Shown piece by piece: positions 38,695 to 45,217 of a stretch of DNA of 45,217 nucleotides; positions within the stretch are counted from its first letter, which is position 1, and each line of letters begins with the position of its first letter. The notes beneath the pieces were generated by a model, which was not told the origin of the DNA, did not search any database, and saw only the letters and a program-made list of their open reading frames with translations. Both the position numbers and the translations under genes were made by a program. The stretch lies in contig JALJEE010000993.1 of assembly GCA_023231475.1 (NCBI GenBank), positions 1 through 45,217 of the forward strand, written 5' to 3'. This stretch comes from Seison nebaliae (Eukaryota).

Positions 38695-40265
38695 ATGGTG
38701 AGGAAAACTCAATTCAAAAGATTATTCAAATATCATTCTCGTCCATTCAATCGTCAATGGAATTGGTTATGGCAAAAATATGGTGTGTTTAATGAACCGA
38801 AATTAAAATGGCCGAAATATCTTTCGACAAAAAGTTTCTTTAATTTAAAATAATTTTAAAAATTTCATTTCATTCATCATTCCAGCATCATATATCGATC
38901 CATTGATGAGTGATGAATGGAAAGAGTCGATGAATTTCGGTCCAAAATTACTTTCACCCGAACAATTGATTGATGGGAAGAGAATTCATCCCGATTATTT
39001 TAAATTTTCAAAAGAAGCCAAATTGATGAAAATAGATAATTGGAATAAAGAGAAACGATTCATCATTAAGGATGATGTAGATCTCAAAAATGGTTTGGCA
39101 CAAGCAGCTCTCATCACTCGAACGGTTCCCATTGAAAAGAAAGTGGAATTTGAAGAATTTAAACAATTCTTAACGAAATCTGATGTTTTCTTCATTGAAA
39201 AAATTAAAATTCAATTCATTTTCTTTCTAGCACGAGAGAGTTAAGAAAGAAATTCGACAATCGATCGCATTTGATGCAAATCAAACGAAACAACCTCGAA
39301 AATTAGTCACTCCAAAATATCGGGGAGATATTCTTCGACGATTGAAAAGTGAATATACCACAAGTGAGAAACGACAATGTTTGACTTTGCACGACTCATT
39401 ATGGACATTGGCGACTGTAATTCAACGACGTCGAACAAACGACTACAATTTATCCTTAAATAATTTTCAATTTATTTTAGAAAATTTAATTTTCGATTTA
39501 AATTTCCAACGAGGTTTTTTCTTTTATTTCATCCAAATAATTAATTTCCCATCATCATAATTTTCAGGAGATAAAAAGATGAATATAAATTATGAGATTG
39601 CGAGAGAAGTGAGAAGTCATACGATGAGAATAAACGGAATTCCATCATCAGATGTTGACGAATTGACTTCCAATTATCAATATGAGAATATGTGGCCAAT
39701 ATTTCCTACGAACGATTTTAAAAAATCTCACATTTATCATATGGATAATATTAGTCCAACATCGCCCAAACATCTCCAGACATTCGTTCTCGTCGATCCT
39801 GCAGTGAGAAATCGTGATCATCCACCATCATCCGCTTTAGCGATGGCGACGATTAGTGAAATAGAGAAATGTGATGAAACTGAACGACGAATGTCGAGAT
39901 TAATGCTCCAATGCTTCGCCAAAGCTAAACAAGAACAAGAAAATTTGAAATTGGCGACAGATTCGAATGGACGCCTAATAGAACCGTTGATAATTCGATG
40001 TATAAATTTGTTTGAAAATCGATACGATTTTTGTACTTTCCAATTAAATACGATTAATATGACTGATGATTTATTGGATGAGAAATGGAGGGATGTTAAA
40101 AATCTATTTTTCTACGATTCAAATAACGAGATTTATTTCAATCGATTAACGATGGATGAAGAACCATATGGGACGAGGAAGAATTTGCAACGACAAGTCA
40201 TAAATCATTTGGATTATAACGAAGAAGTGATTGGTAAATATCTTTCTTTCGTCCATGTGTATTGA
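38695..40265 (+). CDS. MRPL37: Mitochondrial ribosomal protein mL37 (mL37/mL65 family)
   Basis: Basic N-terminal presequence, GLAQAALITRT, and C-terminal PLIIRCI...YDFCTFQLNT...VKNLFFYDS...IY...LDYNEEVIGKYL. Confidence 0.8.
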
Positions 40266-40692
40266 AGAGTTGATGGCAATTGAAGTGTTTTGGAGAGAAA
40301 AGTAACTTGTTTTAATTTTACTTTTATTAAACAAATAAATTATGGTTGATATCATTGAGTTAACGATTTTGAGAAAATTATCCTTGAAAACATTTTCACT
40401 TCGTCCTCTTATGTAATGTTTAGAGGAATGAAATTATTTTCTATTCATTCCCTCAATTTTCATCATCATCATCTTCTTCTTCTTCTCTTTTACTACCAAT
40501 AAAAATATTTATATTACAATACTACTAAAATCATTATAATTATTATTATGATTATTAATTATTTGAATGTCAAAGAAAACGATAATAAAAAATTTTTAAA
40601 AAATATTTACTATTTCACTTTATTTGGAAAGATTAGAAATAATAGAGCAATTAGTAGATTGAAGTGATCGAGATTGATATCGAGATCGAGAT

Positions 40693-43019
40693 ATGATTCT
40701 CTCAAGGAAACAATGGGATCGGGAAAAACGCATCAAACAAATGAGGAGATATTATCACCTCTCTACCAGTTTTCGTAAGAAGAGAATGACGTCAATTGAT
40801 TCGCCAGCTATCATCGATACTCCGTTGAATAGTACGAGAAGATTTAAATTTCCGGATAAATCAGATCTCTATGAGAATGAGAAAGAAATGTTTCCTCAAT
40901 TCAATTTACAATCAATAAAGGAACGTCTCACCATCAACGAGGAATCACCTCTCAATAACGAAGATGATGATATGGATGTGATTTTCGGTTTTAAAGAACG
41001 TCCAACAATCAATCATCAACATCGTACACATCCCGTTGATTCTGAGTTGTTCAACATGAAATTATCACCATCAATGACAACGATGGAACAACCACCAAAT
41101 TTCGGTATAAACAAAAAAAAATTATTCGATCCAAAAGATTCTTCTTATTTTCAATTGAATCGAGAAAATATAAAAAACTTCTTAATTAATGGTCGAATCA
41201 TCGATGATGCGAATGAATATGAGATATATAATGTTCTCACTAATTCCATCGACGAATCGAACAAAAAAGATATTCAAGTGAATTTTTGTATGAAATATTT
41301 ATTGGAGGAAAGTAGAATTATTTTGAAATTTTCTGATTTATCATTCAACAAGTTCCAATTTTTATTATATAATTATTGTGGAATTATTTTATAATTTTAA
41401 TAGACAATATTTCTTGATTAATCAACGGAAATTGAAGAGGAATCATCTTGTTGCTTTCTGGTCGTTATATGTTTTTATTCATCCTCATAAATCCGATAAG
41501 AAATGGATGAAAATTTGTGAATTGGAAGATTTCGAGAAAATCGGAGAAAGTCAAATAATTGTTACTCAAAATAATCGAATTCAAATGAAAGTAGACAAAG
41601 AAATAATTATCGATAATATTTCCATTAGTTTTCATTTCAAATTCCATTTGAAGTTCATCCTTCAAATTATTTTTTTTAATTTTTCAGTTGACTTATATTC
41701 GAGAAGATTGAAAATCGCTATAGTTCGAGAAGCGAAATCGAGAGATAGTAAATCGTATCTTCAATTGAAGAAGAAATCTATTCATTATTCAATCGATATT
41801 CATCGACCATCATTCAATTTAATCAATAAAAATCGAAATCCAAAAATTGCAAAGAAGAATTCAATGAACGATCATCGATTATCTGAATCGAATAGTCGAC
41901 AGATATTCTTATCAGATAATATCGATGTAATCGATCAGGGAAAGAATGTCCATCCGTTTTCGTTGATAATGGAGGAAGATAAGATAAGTCGTTTCCTTCA
42001 AATTATTCATCAATCGAATGAAAGGAATGTGAAGATGAATGAAAATAATAATAATATGAATAATTTATCATCAGTATGGTTTCCATTTGAGATGTGGTTG
42101 AAAGAGAAGAATAAATTCGATAGAACTGCTCCAATCACCACAATTATTCAACAGAATCATTATGAAAATATCGATTGCTCAACAAATTCCATTCAATCAT
42201 TTATTAAAGTTTTTTCTTTTATTTTCAAATTTAACTTAAGAATTTTGTAAATTGGACAGAATTATAATTATTTATCAATTTCTAAATTTCAAATTATATC
42301 GAGAAATAATGGAATTTTAAATCCATATATTCTCATCGATATGGAATTATGTGATCGGCTCGAATATCAACAATTGACATTAGATGGACAACATATGTGT
42401 CATTTGAATCAAGTGGAGAATTGTAAACGAATCTTAATCGTTTCACTGATAATGACATCGAATTTTTATCCGATGAAAGAAATCTGTAAAATTTTCTTTT
42501 TTAAAATTTTTTTTTCTTATTTTAATTTCTTTTTTCTTTTTGAAAACAGCCTTCCGTCTATATTCGTTGAAAGGACAATATCACAACCATCTCAAAATCG
42601 AAGATATGGCAGTGAATCAATTCGATCCGAATTTAAGGAAATTTTTCAAGATTTTCATTGGAATTGATCAACCGAATTTATTCGATTTCAGTCTACTACT
42701 TCTCTTCAATGTCAATCAAATGGATCGACGTCATAACCAAAAACGGATATCTTCCGCTTCCATCAATACCATACGGAATTTGAAGGAGACGATAAGTGAA
42801 AATTTCAATTCTTTCATCTTTCTCAGTTATTATCATTTGTTATTATATTATTATGAAAATATAATTATCTTTTAAACAAACAAACAAACAAAAAAAAATT
42901 TTTGGGAAAAAATAGATTCGGATATGAATGACGGAGAGTTGAGGAAACATTGGGAGAATTTGACAATTTTTCCGAATGAATCATTCCGTTTTTGGCGAGC
43001 ATTGGAAGCGATAGAATGA
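40693..43019 (+). CDS. Divergent synaptotagmin-like tandem C2-domain protein without a TM segment
   Basis: C2-like starts (IQVNFCMKYLLEESRIILKF; DLYSRRLKIAIV; LNPYILIDM). The last exon GELRKHWENLTIFPNESFRFWRAL matches the synaptotagmin C-terminal H-W-x-x-[ML]...P...W-H-x-L motif. Confidence 0.65.
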
Positions 43020-43219
43020 GAGAATTTTTTATTGAAAACATAAATAGAAATGGATCTACTGACACCAATCTCATTGGGATGAGAAAGAAGAAAACGAAAC
43101 AAACGTAAAAAGTTCAGTTGTTGAGTCAAATGGAGAAGATCTAAAAGAGAAAGAATGTTGATTGGTTGAAAATGTGGGAAGGAGGTGAGAAGAATGAGAG
43201 TAAATTTTGAATGTAAACT

Positions 43220-44038
43220 CTAATTGATTTTCGTTTTGGTTTGTGTCATCTTCTTCTGAGGGAAGATGTATGTGTCTAAAAAGAATTTTGAGAATAGAAT
43301 AAAATAAGAGAAATAGAGTAAGAATGAATAATAGACATTGTCCATCGACGAACGACATGGAACATTTTGGTTCTTTAATTTTAGAATATGATAAGCGACG
43401 AAACAACCGATGAACATTTGGAGAATTTGGATGGATGTGATGAAAATGTTGACGAATTTTGGAATTCGAAATTTCGCAGCACGCAAACCATAATATGTAT
43501 ACATGATGGTATGAATAATGTAATTCATGGTGATGAACCAACGACCATTTCCACTCGCGTCTTGATACGCGTACCAGCAATACATCAAAACTGTTGCATG
43601 ATGATACCAATGAAGGAAAATTAATTTTTGCTTTTTCAAAATGATAAATAATGTATCGAATAATTCGGGTAATTTCGAGAGACAAAATAACCATGCCCAA
43701 ACGCCGTTCGGACCATATAAATAATCACTTGCACAAATAGAGTCGTTGAATCCGAATTTTGTGAGAATAGAATACATTTCAATCGTTCCACTAATCGCTC
43801 CACATAATGAGAATGTTGCCAAGAGACAATTCCAAATTATTAAAATAGATCGACAATTAATCGCTTCTCGATTCTTCATCAAATTCTTCCCGATCACTAT
43901 CACTCCCAAATACAAGAGAACAAGTAGATAACTCAATTTCCAATTACTCTTCATCCATTCCGTTCTTCGTTCATAATGCTCCTGATTCAACCAGTCATTA
44001 GGATATACGTTGCTTAGCAACGAATCGAAATCAGTCAT
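43220..44038 (-). CDS. ELOVL6: Very-long-chain fatty acid elongase (ELOVL3/6-like)
   Basis: LSKLPELFDTLFIILKKQKLIFLHWYHH, WFITMNYIIHTIMYTYY, ITSIQILQM and C-terminal KTKIN (KxKxx ER retrieval). Intronless CDS; first ATG at 44038. Confidence 0.93.
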   Translation of the reverse strand: MTDFDSLLSNVYPNDWLNQEHYERRTEWMKSNWKLSYLLVLLYLGVIVIGKNLMKNREAINCRSILIIWNCLLATFSLCGAISGTIEMYSILTKFGFNDSICASDYLYGPNGVWAWLFCLSKLPELFDTLFIILKKQKLIFLHWYHHATVLMYCWYAYQDASGNGRWFITMNYIIHTIMYTYYGLRAAKFRIPKFVNIFITSIQILQMFIGCFVAYHILKLKNQNVPCRSSMDNVYYSFLLYFSYFILFSKFFLDTYIFPQKKMTQTKTKIN

Positions 44039-44736
44039 GGAACTAATAATGGGAACTAATAATGGCAACTAAATTAATTTGTTCAATGAATATAAATGTA
44101 TGTGTTTGTGCGTGTTTGTGTGTGTGTGTGTGTGTGGAAGAAATATGTTTGGGAGAATGAAACTAACTGCTCAAAATGGAATTTCTTCTTTTTTTCAAAC
44201 AATCTCCCGTTACATTCAATCAGCAATAATTTGCGTAAGAATTCCTTTTCCAAGTGAAGCCTTCAACTGAACTGAAATAATTACAGAGATGAAAAATTCA
44301 ATTTTATTTTTCTTCCCTTCTATATTTCTCTCTTACGAACCCACACCATTCATCGTCTGATGGTGGTCGTTCTATTCCTCGCCACCCAATACCTTACCAT
44401 CTCCTTCCTTCACACGATTCTTGTCGAGTTTCATAGAAAAGTCTTTGATAAACAAAAAAAAAATAAACAAAAATCCGATATTTCCTTCCTCTACCTCTCA
44501 TTATTTTATTTGTATATTCCGCAAAAAAAAAATTTTGCTGTAAGCACAACAACAATAATAATAAGAAGGACACAAGTCTATAAGAAAGAAAGTTTTTTGA
44601 AGAAATAATATGTCGATCAACTGGTCAGAAGGTCATGTCTCTATAGAGAATTTGGGTCGAATAAGAAAAAGTAGGATAAGTTGAAGAAGTTTTTTCTTTA
44701 TCAGTCTCTTCTATCCTTCTACTATATGGAAGAAAT

Positions 44737-45217
44737 GAGTCTAGGACATAAGAGCCACGAGACAAAAGAGCCACCGCACAAAAAAGTCACGAGACAAAAG
44801 AGCCACCGCACAAAAAAGCCAGGAGACAAAAGAGCCACGCAGACTTTGATTTTCTGAAATTTATTGATTGAAAATAAGTAAAACACAGTATAGGACTGTA
44901 TAGGATTGTCATGTCTGGATTTTTGTTTTCCAAAATTTACAGAGGAATTGAGTCTTATCAGTTTGGAATCAAACTATTTCAAGATAAAAAATATACTGCA
45001 TTTCTGTTAAAAAATGAATTAAAATTGTTGAAGGCATTCTTTTGTATAGAGATAGAATATAGAGACTAAGAAGAGGGATATTATCCATAACCGATATTTT
45101 TAACCAATTCATTTCATTCAGTCTTTTTTAAATCTCGATGAATTCCATGGACTTTTCTTTGTCGAAAACGAATAAGGGAAAAGAATTGTTGATCTATCAC
45201 AATTATGATTATCGTTT
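44737..45217 (+). mobile_element. Left end of a Mutator/MULE-like DNA transposon, running off the window
   Basis: GAGTCTAG is followed by six 16-17-bp GACAAAAGAGCCAC repeats (44745-44843) and then a FLYWCH-like ORF start. Confidence 0.7.
45138..45217 (+). CDS. N-terminus of a FLYWCH zinc-finger (probable MULE transposase), truncated by the window edge
   Basis: MNSMDFSLSKTNKGKELLIYHNYDYR fits the F-x-x-[ST]-x-x-G-x-x-x-L-x-x-x-x-Y-x-Y opening of FLYWCH domains. Only 26 codons are visible. Confidence 0.6.
   Translation, partial: MNSMDFSLSKTNKGKELLIYHNYDYR

Noticed and set aside
43071..43700. 209-aa ORF overlapping ELOVL in another frame
   Set aside because: Shadow frame of a well-conserved gene, with no independent motif.
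44745..44843. Short repeats with variable spacing (also 36717-36900) that superficially resemble CRISPR arrays
   Set aside because: Eukaryotic context, no cas genes, and spacers are absent or too short. They fit transposon subterminal repeats.

Overview
This is eukaryotic, very AT-rich and gene-dense DNA, almost certainly from an invertebrate animal with a compact genome; there are no prokaryotic features. Genes are split by tiny (mostly 40-60 nt) introns, so most entries in the ORF track are exon fragments. Hand-spliced genes, in order: a multi-SUEL-lectin/PAN protein (5' end outside the window), a UBASH3/STS-type histidine phosphatase, a neuropeptide-like precursor, Timeless, two tandem paralogous secreted 6-Cys proteins, CCDC39, tRNA-Thr(AGT), an orphan, AP-1 sigma, POP5, MGAT1, a type I membrane orphan, an intronless 2689-aa Asn-rich CCHC protein, a multi-pass membrane orphan, MRPL37, a synaptotagmin-like tandem-C2 protein and an ELOVL elongase. 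Three DNA-transposon remnants are also present (MITE-like, hAT/BED, MULE/FLYWCH). The most striking signal is the splice code: about 45 of 49 introns I could place begin GTT rather than GTA/GTG, G at +5 is uncommon, and AAG acceptors are frequent, which points to a divergent 5' splice-site recognition mechanism. Other highlights are a locally duplicated secreted gene pair with apparent diversifying selection, a phosphatase with RHG changed to CHG, and alternative last exons in AP-1 sigma. All gene models were built by eye and need RNA-seq confirmation.
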